Of a DNA stretch of 64,000 nt, positions 52,829-64,000 are shown piece by piece. Within the stretch, counting starts at the first letter, position 1. Each line of letters opens with the position of its first letter. The translations under genes were made by a program, and so were the position numbers. Origin of the DNA: Anthoceros angustus (Eukaryota > Plantae > Anthocerotophyta). The stretch is from NCBI GenBank assembly GCA_010909165.1, contig MU008162.1, positions 1,798,001-1,862,000 of the forward strand, given 5' to 3'. The notes under the pieces are model-generated. The model saw only the letters and a list, made by a program, of their open reading frames with translations. It searched no databases and was not told where the DNA came from.

Positions 52829-53432
52829 TATGCGTTCATCGTGCCATGTCGGGTGAGTTTCCTTCACATCCATCCTGTTCCATGTAGGGACTCTATGTTT
52901 GTTCCTCTTGCTCCCGTTGCCTGTCAACTGACGCCTGGTTGTTGTTAAAATGGAAGCAAGTGCTTAACTCGGGTTAACGTTCCGAGGGGCTGAGGTTTGC
53001 AGTGAGAGGTTTTCACCTTTCTTCCTATTTGTGCATCTACGCGCTGCCGAAATGGCAGCGCGTTGCTTTGAAGGCAAGTCTGAGGCCGCTATTTGGTGCA
53101 TCCCGTTGTTTCCCGCTGGTTACTGAACAGCAGCCGTGTGTCTGCGCCTGTTCCGTGCGTCAGCGTTTTTGTTTAATTTGTTTGTCCTGTCGGGATCTGG
53201 CTGCCGGGTCGTGATTTGCTGAGGAGTCTTTGTGCAAATCGAGGGACTGCAACCTTGCTGATCTGGGTGGGACGTGTCCACGCGCTCGTCATGTGTGCTG
53301 GCTAGGTTTCATCGGAAGTTTGCAGGAAGGGAATTTGGAGTTGGGTTTAGACCTAGCGGCACGCAGGGTTGCATCGGGCTGTTGTGTAGGTTGGAAGGTT
53401 TGATGTCGCTGGCAGGCTGGAGTCTTGCAGAT

Positions 53433-54044
53433 ATGTTCAGACATGGGAGCGGGGCGCAGCAGCCGTTCCCTAGGGTTAGCTCGTCGGGGGCCGTGAGTGG
53501 TGACGCCAGGCCGCATTCTCCATCGGGGAGTGGCTCCCAGGGGCATGCACCCAACAGCTTGGCTGCTCTGAAAGACCGGAGTGTGCAGGATCTGGAGAAC
53601 TTGTGGAAAAACAAGGAAGCCTACAACACGTTTCTCGGGTCTCTGGAGCCGGTACGGAGGTCTGAGTCTTTGGTGCAGGATTTGAAGAAGAGCAACTTGG
53701 ATCAAGCGAAGAAGAATCTGGCCAAGGAAGCTGACATAGCTGAGCTGAAAAACCAGTGTGCTATTATCAGGACGACAGAGTTGGCTGCTGCCCGGGAGAG
53801 GTTCGAGGAGGTTCATGCCAGGGAGAAGGAAGTGTTCAACCAATTGTCTCCTGCGGCTCTTTCCAACAAGCTGCATGAAGCAGCCACGGAGGCTGATGAA
53901 GAATCAGAAAACCTGCACCGGCAGTTTGTACAGGGAGAGATAGAGCTGGCTGAGTTCATTTCAACGTATAGGAAAAAGCGGCTGTTGTATCATAAGCGTT
54001 TTCTCACCAGGGCTTCCGTTCTGGCAATGAGCCTTCGAGGGTAG
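53433..54044 (+). CDS. VPS37: ESCRT-I subunit VPS37 (Mod(r) domain)
   Basis: ELKNQCAIIRTTELAAA; EADEESENLHRQFVQGEIELAEFISTYRKKRLLYHKR. Confidence 0.9.
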   Translation: MFRHGSGAQQPFPRVSSSGAVSGDARPHSPSGSGSQGHAPNSLAALKDRSVQDLENLWKNKEAYNTFLGSLEPVRRSESLVQDLKKSNLDQAKKNLAKEADIAELKNQCAIIRTTELAAARERFEEVHAREKEVFNQLSPAALSNKLHEAATEADEESENLHRQFVQGEIELAEFISTYRKKRLLYHKRFLTRASVLAMSLRG

Positions 54045-55228
54045 TAGGCACTACTGAACTGGGAGAACGTGATACCGTTCTTCAGGTGCTAGCTTGGTCG
54101 AATTATTCTGCCCGGAATTACGCAAACACAACCGTCAACCGTAGCATACCAAGGGATTTTATTTCCCATATAAGCCATTGCTTTGAGTCTAACAGGTTCT
54201 TGCGAAGGTGTTCCATTGGGTGGCCAAATCAGCTCTGCTGTGGGATCCTAACACGTCAGTAATCTGTGAGAAGTTGGCAATTGGGAACTACTGAAATTCG
54301 CTTCTCTGCTTGCTGTTGGCCTTCTTTCACCATCCGTTTCCCTTTTACATACAAGCAGGGACGATGATGCAGGGGCAGCCTTCACAGTAGGTTAGGGTTC
54401 TGGGGAGACATGAGCTCCAAGGCGTTATGGGATCATGCCAGGCTGAAGGCAGTAGATATGAACTCTGATGTCATTGTGGAATGAAATAAGGGTGACCCGA
54501 CTATCAGTAGAGGAAGTGCGTTCTTGTGCCTGACGACCCCCCTTCCGCATTTGATGGTTATGCAAGGCCAGCTGGCAGCGTCTTACTCCACGAGAACGCT
54601 TTTGGGCTTGTGAGCTCCCCATTCACATTCTGTCTGGAAGTCCAGGATGTCATGTCGCAAATCTTAAATGTCGCCAGTTTATCCCTGAGTGTGCCAATTT
54701 AGGAAAATGGCAGTGTGGTCGTTATGCTTGTTGTGGGTTTGTATGCTTGCTTGGGTTTCAAGCCGCCACTCACTGAGGGTTTGTGCCGTAGTCGAGGACA
54801 TCATGGAACGGTCCATAGAGTGCAATCACGAACTTCTCTCATATGTCAAATCAATATTTTTATTGTAAGAAATTTAATTGAATTATTGATTCTTTGTAAG
54901 CGAAGTATAAAAACAAATAGCATGAAAAATATTAGATTTTTGCTAGTTAATTATGAAAAAAATTATTATGAATTAGTTTTTACCTAGCCAAGTGTAAAAG
55001 TTAATATTTTGAAAATATTAGTTTTTTGCTAGCAGAGTGTGTAAAATTACTGTAAATTAGTTCTTTGATAGCGAAGTGTAGGAAATACATATTGTCACTT
55101 GGCTCATAGCTAGCGAATAGATTTGCCTATATATGTGAAGCTTATGCTCTATTTTATACTCTCTAACTTTTTTTTATAGGTAGTGCTTTTGTTATTTGAG
55201 GATTACTTTGTTATTTGAAGTCTAGTGA

Positions 55229-57243
55229 ATGGCTCATCATAGTCCTCCTGGTCAACATGATGATAGTAAGTGCATCTAGTAGTATTCTTAGTTTTTTTCC
55301 TTTAAGTAGGTGGAACTATTCATTCTCTACATTGTACAGTAGGTTTGAAAGTTGTGGTTTGCTCTATTGTCTTTGAATAGAGGTATTAATGTTTACCTCT
55401 TTTCACTTTATTACCAGCTTGCCTACTAATTTCTCTCTTGTTTTCTGTGAAAAACTATAATGATTGTCTAGATGGAGCTCAATTGTGCAGAAACGACATA
55501 CTCAGTGACATCAAAGTTGTGAACATGGTAACTTATAAGCTTTTTATGTGTCATATTATTCAGCTTAAATTGATCATTGAATATTGTTTCATTGTGGTCA
55601 TGGTCATTGATCTAGTCACACTATGCATGAAAAATAGGAGACAACAAATCTTGATTCTTCGGATCCAGAAACTCTGAAAAGTATGAAGTCAATTCAGAAA
55701 AGCAAGGGCATTCATGATGAAGAAATCATTGATGTGCCTCGTCCTCCATTAACTTTGAATGAAGCACGCACCAAGGGAGTACTTTCTATCTTTTTGGAAT
55801 ATGCTATTATAGAACGGAATTGGATTCGTAACAATGCAACACTACTTAGGCTTGGGGAGTTTGATTCTCCACGCGAGATAAAACTTGAAGCTAGCAGAAA
55901 GAAGAAAAAAGCATCTAAGTATTATGGTGTTAAGTTTCACGGCCTTACCAAATGTTGGGAGTCATATATTCGGTGAGTAACAGTCTATAAAACTTTATAT
56001 AGCTTTCTTCCTTATTTGATAGTTTTGCATAATATTGAAGTCCCTTTGCTTGCATTTAACAGAAGTCCAAAAAGAGGAACATGTGCAAAACGCAAGCTGC
56101 ATGAGAGTGTGAAAGCTGGAAGACAACAATATCTTGGTACGTTGCATTACTACTTGTTATGCATTATTAAGACTAATAATATTTTATTTATTGATAGTTA
56201 TTAATATTATTTATTTACATATTTTATAGGCACGAGCCATAATGAGATTGAAGCTGCACGGTATGTTTAATTGGGAAGCTTTTACTATTGTGGCATTATT
56301 AACATTGATTTAAGTGGATGTGGCTTTATTATGATGAAAAAGAGAGCTAATATCATATTTGTTTTATAGAAATTATGACCGTGGAGTTATAAAATTTGGA
56401 GAGCCTACATCTGAGCACTTGAATTTCCAGCTTCATACATATCGAGATTGTCTTGAACTGGTATTCAACTAGTTTTTTTAATATTAGTTCTATTCAATTC
56501 AATTCTTACATGAATTTCATGGTTATAGATTGGAAGGATGGGCAAAGAGGAGTTCCTTGAATGGGTGAGGTGTATGGCGAAGCGTAATCCGGAATCCACA
56601 TTCTTTGGGACTTTTTGGGATGGATACCACGGAAAGTGGAGAGAAGAATATGAGATCCAACCACTGGGCAAGAAGCGGTACCAAATAAAATGTCTCAATT
56701 CTATTTGGATGTCTTACAATGTTGTGGTCTTTTGTATAATTGGAGGATGTGTTATTTCTATTAACATTATATAAATGGTACTAGTGATAGTTCAATCATT
56801 ATGGGTTCACATGATACGGAGGAAGCTGCTGCCAGGTATGTGAATAATTGTAATCTTTTTGATATATTTGTGAAAATTTCATAAATGTATTCGTAGTCAT
56901 GACTTTGGAATGTTTTTGCTTCTATCACTTGTGTAGAACTATATTAACTTTTTGAAACTGCTGAATAATGTAGAGCCTATGATGAGGCAGCTATCTCTTA
57001 TAAAGGGGAGGAAGCAATAACAAATTTTGACTTGCGTGAAGAATACGGAGCTAAATTTATATTGGAAACCTACAAAAAGGGCATGAAATTGAGAGGTAAG
57101 TTATTAATGTATCAAATATTTACGAAATTAAAATTCTATTTAATTATATTTCTATTAAGATATTTATGATTTCAGCTTCCAAAACAGAAGAAGAAAATGC
57201 TACGACTTCTTATAGTGAAAAACACAGAAGAAAGGACATCTGA
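55229..57243 (+). CDS. Divergent double-AP2-domain transcription factor (euAP2 exon pattern), 9 exons
   Basis: GT-AG splicing gives an open frame: ..SKYYGVKFHGLTKCWESYIR|..GRQQYLG|TSHNEIEAAR|NYDRGVIKF..LNF..YRDCLEL|IGRMGKEEF..KW..LGKKR|SIIMGSHDTEEAAAR|AYDEAAISYKGEEAITNFD..|..KDI*. The two 5' exons are less certain. Confidence 0.85.
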
Positions 57244-57636
57244 AAGTGTTTTTTGGAAGAATAAAATGCCGCTACTACTTTATTATGGTTTAAAAAGCCG
57301 GGATAATTCAACTATTCAGCTTTGTTCAGCATTGTTTTGCTCCTCTCTGGAAGGAGAATGCTGAAACATCCTTTTGCCTACATTATCTTCTGTTAGCTCT
57401 TTTTGATGTCCCCTCACCCGAAGCCTCCTTGCAATTTTTTGCATCTATAAAGTTTTATACTTAGTGAAAAAATATATAGGATTTAGGGTTTTAGGGTTTA
57501 GGGGGACATAAAATCTGAACTTCAGATTATCCTGACATAACTCGAGTCAACACAAACTACGTTTGATCGAGGGTCTCGTCGACCCTCTCCACCTGCTGTT
57601 GTCTATGTCATAGCTATCATATATCACTAATTAAAG

Positions 57637-58844
57637 TTAAGAATCTGGTTTAGCATCTTCTAAAGCAGTGTTGGTGGCTTCCTTCAGGTCCGACGAGGCT
57701 GATTTCAATTCGGCACTCTTTGCTTGCACTGTTGTGGATTTGTCCTTCAAGTTGGCCAAGTTACCAATTGAAATTCCTGTCTCTTTGGATATGCCATCTG
57801 CCAGCTCATCGAAGTCGTCAGCGTTCGTGAGCACTTCGACTACATCTTCCAGCTCCTCATCAATTTTGTCTGTTGTGTTCACTACCTGCGGCAATGACTA
57901 CCTTAAGTCAGTCTGGACCACCATGGGCCAGTCTTGCACAACAAAACTCTCCGGCATAGGAAAACAAAATCTGACCTTCTCAGCAATGTCTTCAACTTGC
58001 TCAGCATAAGCTTCCACAGCGTCAGCTACACTGTTCACTGTTTTAGCAATTTTGAGGACAACTTCTGCTCCTTCTTTTACGATGTCCGTGGCTTGGTCCA
58101 CATCTCCTGCAGCGTGAAAGTCGCACAAGAGCAAACTCAATCTAGCGATACACGCAGACTTTGGCCATCATCGGTCAGCACTAGGTGTAAGCGTGAGATC
58201 GATTCGCACTTACTTTGAAATAACTTAGCAACAACCAGAGCAGGACCTTTGATGAATGTGTTCCAAATCAATGTCAGAAACCCCTTGATTCTGCAAAACA
58301 TGCGTTGGATTACAAATTATCCAGGAGGATCTGAAGACCGCCTTCAAACTTGCAATCGTCTTAAAGCTCAATCAAATCCGACTTTGCTTACATATCCACG
58401 AGGCCGGCTCGAACCACAAGAGCGACTGCGTTGCTTTCCTCCCCTTTCGGTGGCCTGCAACAATACCATCAGCAGCTTAGGCGTAGTCTGTAGACGAATT
58501 CCCTCACAAGCAATGCATGAATTCATGCAAATGCAGCAAATCCCCCTTCATTACCTTGGAGCAAGATAGCGTAGAATTTGCTTTGAGGAGGTCAGCATCT
58601 GCGAATTGGAGATGCAGGAAAGGGAAGTGCAGCTGGCATCCAGTCTTTGGTGCACAGGGTGAGCGGTTGTGCCAAAAGAAAATGGCCGCAGTCTGCTCAG
58701 GTGCGAAGCTCTTCTCGTCCACCGTGTTCTACACGCTACTACGCAGGCCCTGCCTAATCTGGTGAAGCTGGTGGCCGAACTGCGATCCAACGCCATCCCC
58801 GTCCCAATCCCCGTGTGCCGCGTCGCAGCCATAGCCGTAGTCAT
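57637..58844 (-). CDS. Hypothetical multi-exon protein, transit-peptide-like N-terminus and acidic amphipathic-helical C-terminus
   Basis: Ser/Thr/Arg-rich first exon; exons GDVDQATDIVKEGAEVVLKIAKTVNSVADAVEAYAEQVEDIAEK and VVNTTDKIDEELEDV..KPDS* bounded by GT-AG. Confidence 0.6.
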
Positions 58845-59489
58845 AGCACAAGCTTACAAATGCGCTGCCGGAGCTGGAGCTGCAGCCGGTTTCAAGAATT
58901 GTGAATCGCGAATCAATCCACCGGAGCGTGATGCGTTTGATTCGCGAGGCGGATGCGTGGAACTCGTGTCGCGCGATGAGAATGAGCTGTGGGAGTGCAA
59001 GAGCTGGGAGGTGCAGGCGACAATGGACGGGACGTCGAGGAGGAGGAGGGTGTAGAGCTGGAGGAGGCTGGTGGGAGGCGAAGAAAACGTCTCCGCCGGA
59101 AGGAGCATCCTGCACTCAATGAATGCCGGCGAGGGCACGTCCCGGGGTCCCATGAGCGCAGGACGCGGTGTTGGAGGAACCTGGAACCTTACTTGTCGCG
59201 ATTACTTCGGTAAAACGTGGCCCCACGACCACGTTTTGCTTCGCAGTGGGACCCCAATAATTTGCGCTTTCCATTGTCCGCTACTCCAACAGTGCCGGCA
59301 GGAGGAACAGTTTCTCAGTTTAGGAATCAGGCTGCTGGTTCCAAGTTTTCAAACAGGCTGGAATCTAGGGTTGAAGGAATTAGGGAAACATGGAGGACGT
59401 GATCTGCGAGGGATGTTGATGAGCCTTCACAGTTTCCTTTCCTCTCGCTGAAGAATGTGTTGGCCAACAGCCTTGGTCTGAAGAATGTG

Positions 59490-60860
59490 TCACATTCTTC
59501 AGTGGGAATGCATGAAGAAACCTTACTCCTGAAGCAGGGATTTATACCATCAGACATCAATTTGTTAGTCCTGAGAGGAGCATCCTGTGGACAGATTCAG
59601 CCTTGCAAATACGACTCTGGAGAGGAAGATGAACGAACGTCTTGCATTGCCGAATCTGAGCAATATTTCTCATTAATGACATGTAGTCTACCTGTTTCAG
59701 ACTTCGTAGTTTGTAGAGTGCTTCCAACAGTGTCGATATTTTCTTCTGGAGATGAGCTCAGTCTTGTCCCACTCGGGACATAAGAGGTGGAAACCTGGAA
59801 CAATAGTTGCGTAAGGAATGCTACGTCACATCGACTACAATCCTTGAGTCGTGGAAAGCAATTTTATCAGTCTTGAAGACTTGCTATACTCACGCTCTGG
59901 CTTTGGACGACTGTCAAAATTCATCTGACTATCCACGAACAAGTCGTAATGGCAGTTGGCAACCAGGTGATTAAGCCATGGGAAGTTTGAACTTTGACGA
60001 TTGCTGAAGGTGCATGCAAAGCTCTTTCTGGAAAGTTCCTGGCAGAATGCCGTTAATCCAAGGCTTAATCCATCCAGGAGGCAGAAGGCTCCAGATCATG
60101 AGAACTCAACAAGCTTGAATTTGATGACCGACTGTCCAGCTCCTTCCCCAGCTTCTTTTATAGAGCGCCGTGGCTAACGTCCAGTATCCTTTTTGCAAAT
60201 ATCTGGTGCCACTCGCAAGCTACGAGATCGAGCTAGTATTCTAGTACTTGCGCTCAGGAGTATCAACACCCCGTTGTCGCACGGCTCAAAAGTTGAAAGG
60301 AAGTTTGAGGACTGCAGAATCCGTGGCAGTTGCCATGGGTGGAGGTTGTACACTCTTTCCCACAGATCCGCATCTCTCCTTATACAAATGTCTTTTCTGG
60401 TGCGTGATGCAAATGCTGAATGCTCACTCTCAATCCGTCCTGTGGCAGAATTTAGCCGCCCTCTACGCTTGCGTAAAACGAAACCTCATGGTGGCGTGCA
60501 CTCGGATGAATTGCGTTGTGAATATGAGAAGCTTATATCTGAGTCACCGGAAGATGATGGCCCGCCCGATCATAGCTCTCGGGCACCAGAAGGTTCGCAT
60601 ACAGCGGAGTTCAAAGTCAAAGGTCCTCGAGCAGCGGATAGGCTGAAGGATCGCATCAACAAATTTTTCGTGAAGGTGAGCTTGATAATCACACTCTGCT
60701 GTGGCTCTCGCACCTTGCTGTTTTTTGATACGTTGAAGGGAAGTTCGAACACTAACTCTTCCATGCTCATGTCGGTAGCAGAAACTTTTCAAATCCAAGA
60801 AAGCTTCCTAGGACCGAGGATGCTTGCAAGCCGGAGGAGCGAAGAGACCGGCAGTTGACT
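59490..60860 (+). pseudogene. Probable decayed CNX1/gephyrin-like (MoeA + MogA) relic
   Basis: LPTVSIFSSGDEL (compare P.VAILSTGDEL), then VIKP, QIS...ASILVL..L..GSKV, EFKV..GPRA..LKD...VSLIITL in CNX1 order; interrupted by stops. Confidence 0.45.
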
Positions 60861-62568
60861 GCGTACAAAGAAAAATGTGCAGGGACGAGAGTCTTGACAA
60901 GTTTGGATCGATCCAGACTGTACACACGTATTACGGACTAGCCCAGGCGATTTGCTGCTGGTGTTGGGGCTTCTTTCTACACGGCTTGGGAGGATCGACC
61001 TCACAGCATTGTGACTTCAGCAACATCCAACGCAATGACAATGCCGGGGTGAAGATCCTGGCCCAAGCCGGGGAACAATTCAAGCGAGTTTTTTTAATTT
61101 TCGTTAGTTTATTGAAGTATGTACTTTAGTATTTAAATTCCAGAGACTATGGCGTGCTGAAATGTTACGTCTCCCCATTTTGATCAATTCAAGTCCGTAA
61201 AACAGTTTTGAACATTGTCTCAGCTGGCATGCTTGTTACACCCTAAACCTTCCGACTACAAACACACAAATTACGCTATGACAAGGCCTTAACTAATGTG
61301 AGACCTAGATATGTGCCGCCACAAGCATATATCCACCTATCCACCCCAAGCATATATCCACCTATCCACCCCAGCATTGTGTTCTTTGTTGTTGAAGTTC
61401 CATTGCGTTTAGATCTACTTCTCGCGAAAATGAGTTATTTAACCTTCACCAGTAGTTTGAAATAACATCTAGTTTTAGGAAGTGCACTCTCGATCATACG
61501 AGCCAACATTAATAACCATCCAATATCAATATGCCAGGCAAATTTGAGGGGGCTCCTTCAAGAGTGACATCCATACATGAGTTCATTGAAGCTCGACAAG
61601 TAAGCGTCCTAGGGATGGATCAATGCTGGAATGGGTTCTAAATATCTGTACGAAGTCTCTGAATATTCACAAAAAAATTCCTACTGCGGGTCACTTCGTA
61701 ATATCTAAGTAACGTCTCTGAATTTGCTAAGAAATTCAAGGGGGCCGATACGCATACGCTTGGATAGGACATCAATGTCGCTAATCACAACGTCACACAA
61801 GCCGTGGCAAACTCGCTTGATTAGTACTAGTATGTGCAAGTTGATCTCATGGACAAGACCTATCACTTCATACTTACAAGGGGACCAGGAGCAAAACTCG
61901 GAGATATCCTACGTTCTTGTGATAGGTGTGACAAGCAATTGAATCGGTTCTTGTGATAGGTGTGACAAGCAATTGAATCGGGGCATCCGACAAGCATATC
62001 CAGTGTTATTATTGCAAGTGGACACCCTAACACATTCACGCACATATTCGGACCAAGTGTAAGTACCTAAGTTTAAGGTCCTTCAATATGTACATACCTT
62101 AAAGTGATACATGTCTTCAAATTTTATAAAATGCTCAAAAGGTCTGAATATGTTAGTATGAGTTTCTCTTTCTTCATATTGTGAGGATAAAATGTTTTAA
62201 TTTTAAAGCTATAAAATAGTTTTATAGAGCCACAATGTTTCAATTTAATTAGTGGTATATATTAGGATCTTAGTGGTATATATATGAATATTATATTATT
62301 CTAGAACTAAATATATTTTATTTAAATAGAACAGATGAACCCGGCTATTCTAGGAAACCCAGCCAAAGAAGGCTTGCTTTTTCCTACAAACAAATTGTAA
62401 GCCATGTGCTTACAATTCTTGTAGACATGTCGGTAGTTTCTGATGAGATGCAAACAAGATATGTAACCAATAGGGAGTTTCTATGACATGTAGGTAGTTT
62501 GTGTTAACAACAAAGCTCCGCCATCTTAATCATGCCAAACAATGTACACATACATGGTGGTATTGGTG

Positions 62569-62614
62569 GATGATGATGATGATGATAATGATGATGATAA
62601 TGATAATAATAATA
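62569..62614. repeat. (GAT)n/(AAT)n microsatellite
   Basis: Direct reading. Confidence 0.9.
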
Positions 62615-62836
62615 ACTGGTTTAATTATTTCATTAATATGCTAACATGAAAAAACAGGTTAAAGAAAACTCTGGAGGGCACTCAATGGTACGTCCTAGTT
62701 GATTAATTAATTAGATATCCAGGGAAAAACAGTTTAGAGAAAACCCTATAAGACACCAAATGGTACGTCAATGGGCAGTGGGTCAGGGAGGCGAATTCGA
62801 GGGGCCAATAATTCCGTCCTTGTGGACTTAAATGAA

Positions 62837-62864
62837 ATTCTTCTTCTTCTTCTTCTTCTTCTTC
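62837..62864. repeat. (TTC)n microsatellite
   Basis: Direct reading. Confidence 0.9.
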
Positions 62865-64000
62865 AATATACATACGCCTGGACAGGATATCGGTGTCCCA
62901 AATCCAACGTCGGAGAAGCTGCTGCAAACTCGCTTGGTTAGACATTAGTTTGTGCGAGATGTTGATCCCATGGACAAGGACCTATCACTTCAGACTTGTA
63001 CGGGGACCACGAGCAAGACTCGAGGCTATCCTACGCACTTGTGATAAGCGTGACGAGCAATTGAATCGGGGCATCCGACTAGCGCGGCGAGTATTATCAA
63101 TGTTTTTAAGGGTAGAGGACTCCATGGCACGCTCACGCTTATCGGCGCACCAACGGTAAGTACCTAAGTTTAAGTATCTTCAAGATGTATGTACATATAT
63201 GTCTACATTGTTTGTAGCAAGCACGGAGGACTGCTCATGCCCTAGTGTAGCTAGTTCTGCGTGTCAGAACGATGATTTAGATCGTTAGCACCAGCTTTAA
63301 TCCTCAGCTGGGAATCGCAATGTGCTTTCAAACGGCATTGGCACGACTCCTGCCCTTGCAATCGCAGATTCTTGAAGAAACTGCGGAAAGATCTTGAGTT
63401 GACGAAAAAGAGAATAGACTTCCTTCTGAACATGCGAGATGCGGTTGGAGCAATTCAAAGTGCAGCTCAGGAGTTACAAAGGCGGATAGCTGACAACCCA
63501 TTCCAGGATGCTGCTCTCATCGTTAGGCGTAGCATCTGGTTGTCATTTATGTGCGAAGCTGTCTGCGAGCTGGACACTCGTGAAAGCTTCGGGGGTTGCT
63601 AAAATATTGATGTGTTTAAGGTACGGCGGCAGGTATGAACTGTGATGCACAAGCATGTTCAGCCAATTGTTTGAATCGTTGTTCGTCAGGCCCAAGGACA
63701 ACTCCCGTGCAACGATCTCATTGAGTCGTGACAATTGATAGAGACAAAATATGCCAAGGCGCTGCAGCTAGCATTGATGTATTAGGGTAGAAGACGCACA
63801 ATTGATATTATGGCCAGTGAGGACAAAATGTGGACTCCTTCCGTCATTCCATGGACGCTGAGCTGAAGAAGGCAACGTTCAGAGCTGAACGTTGAGGGCA
63901 AGGTTCAGGCAGAGCTGAAGAAGGCAACGTTCTGACCTTGTGGTGATGTCATATTCCTCTCAGCATGAGGTTTGCAAATTCTTGCCGGAACGGAATGCAT

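Larger units (their letters stand above)
61790..63200 (+). repeat. Diverged duplicated ~300-bp exon-like module (~61790-62100 and ~62915-63200)
   Basis: Shared CATGGACAAG(G)ACCTATCACTTCA..GGGGACCA..ATCCTACG..CTTGTGATA..GCAATTGAATCGGGGCATCCGAC; both copies end in GTAAGTACCTAAGTTTAAG. Internal 34-bp duplication at 61915-61982. Confidence 0.75.

Overview
Eukaryotic, intron-rich nuclear DNA from a compact-genome land plant (short 50-200 bp introns, GC-rich exons, plant tRNA-Trp; a Selaginella-like lycophyte is my guess, not proven). The left half (4.66-28 kb) is dominated by a ~9.8 kb cut-and-paste DNA transposon with 32-bp TIRs and a 4-bp AACC target duplication. It encodes a Sola1-like DDD transposase on the minus strand. 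Divergently on the plus strand it encodes a large gene that the ORF track hides through frameshifts: a ParB-like domain fused to a bacterial-type beta-class N4-cytosine/N6-adenine DNA methyltransferase. Each of the two genes has an intron filled with self-complementary GCGCGC-based arrays, and the same motif sits inverted near both element ends. 15.5-28 kb is a noisy, scrambled re-telling of parts of this element and is probably an assembly artefact. The right half is gene-dense host DNA: SUMO, alpha-tubulin, tRNA-Trp, an integrase-less Copia element with tRNA-like cassettes in its leader, a CLU/TSS (REC-type) TPR gene, a thylakoid-lumen-type gene head-to-head with a 2OG-Fe(II) oxygenase, VPS37, a cryptic AT-rich 9-exon euAP2-type double-AP2 gene, a hypothetical plastid-type gene and a probable CNX1 relic.
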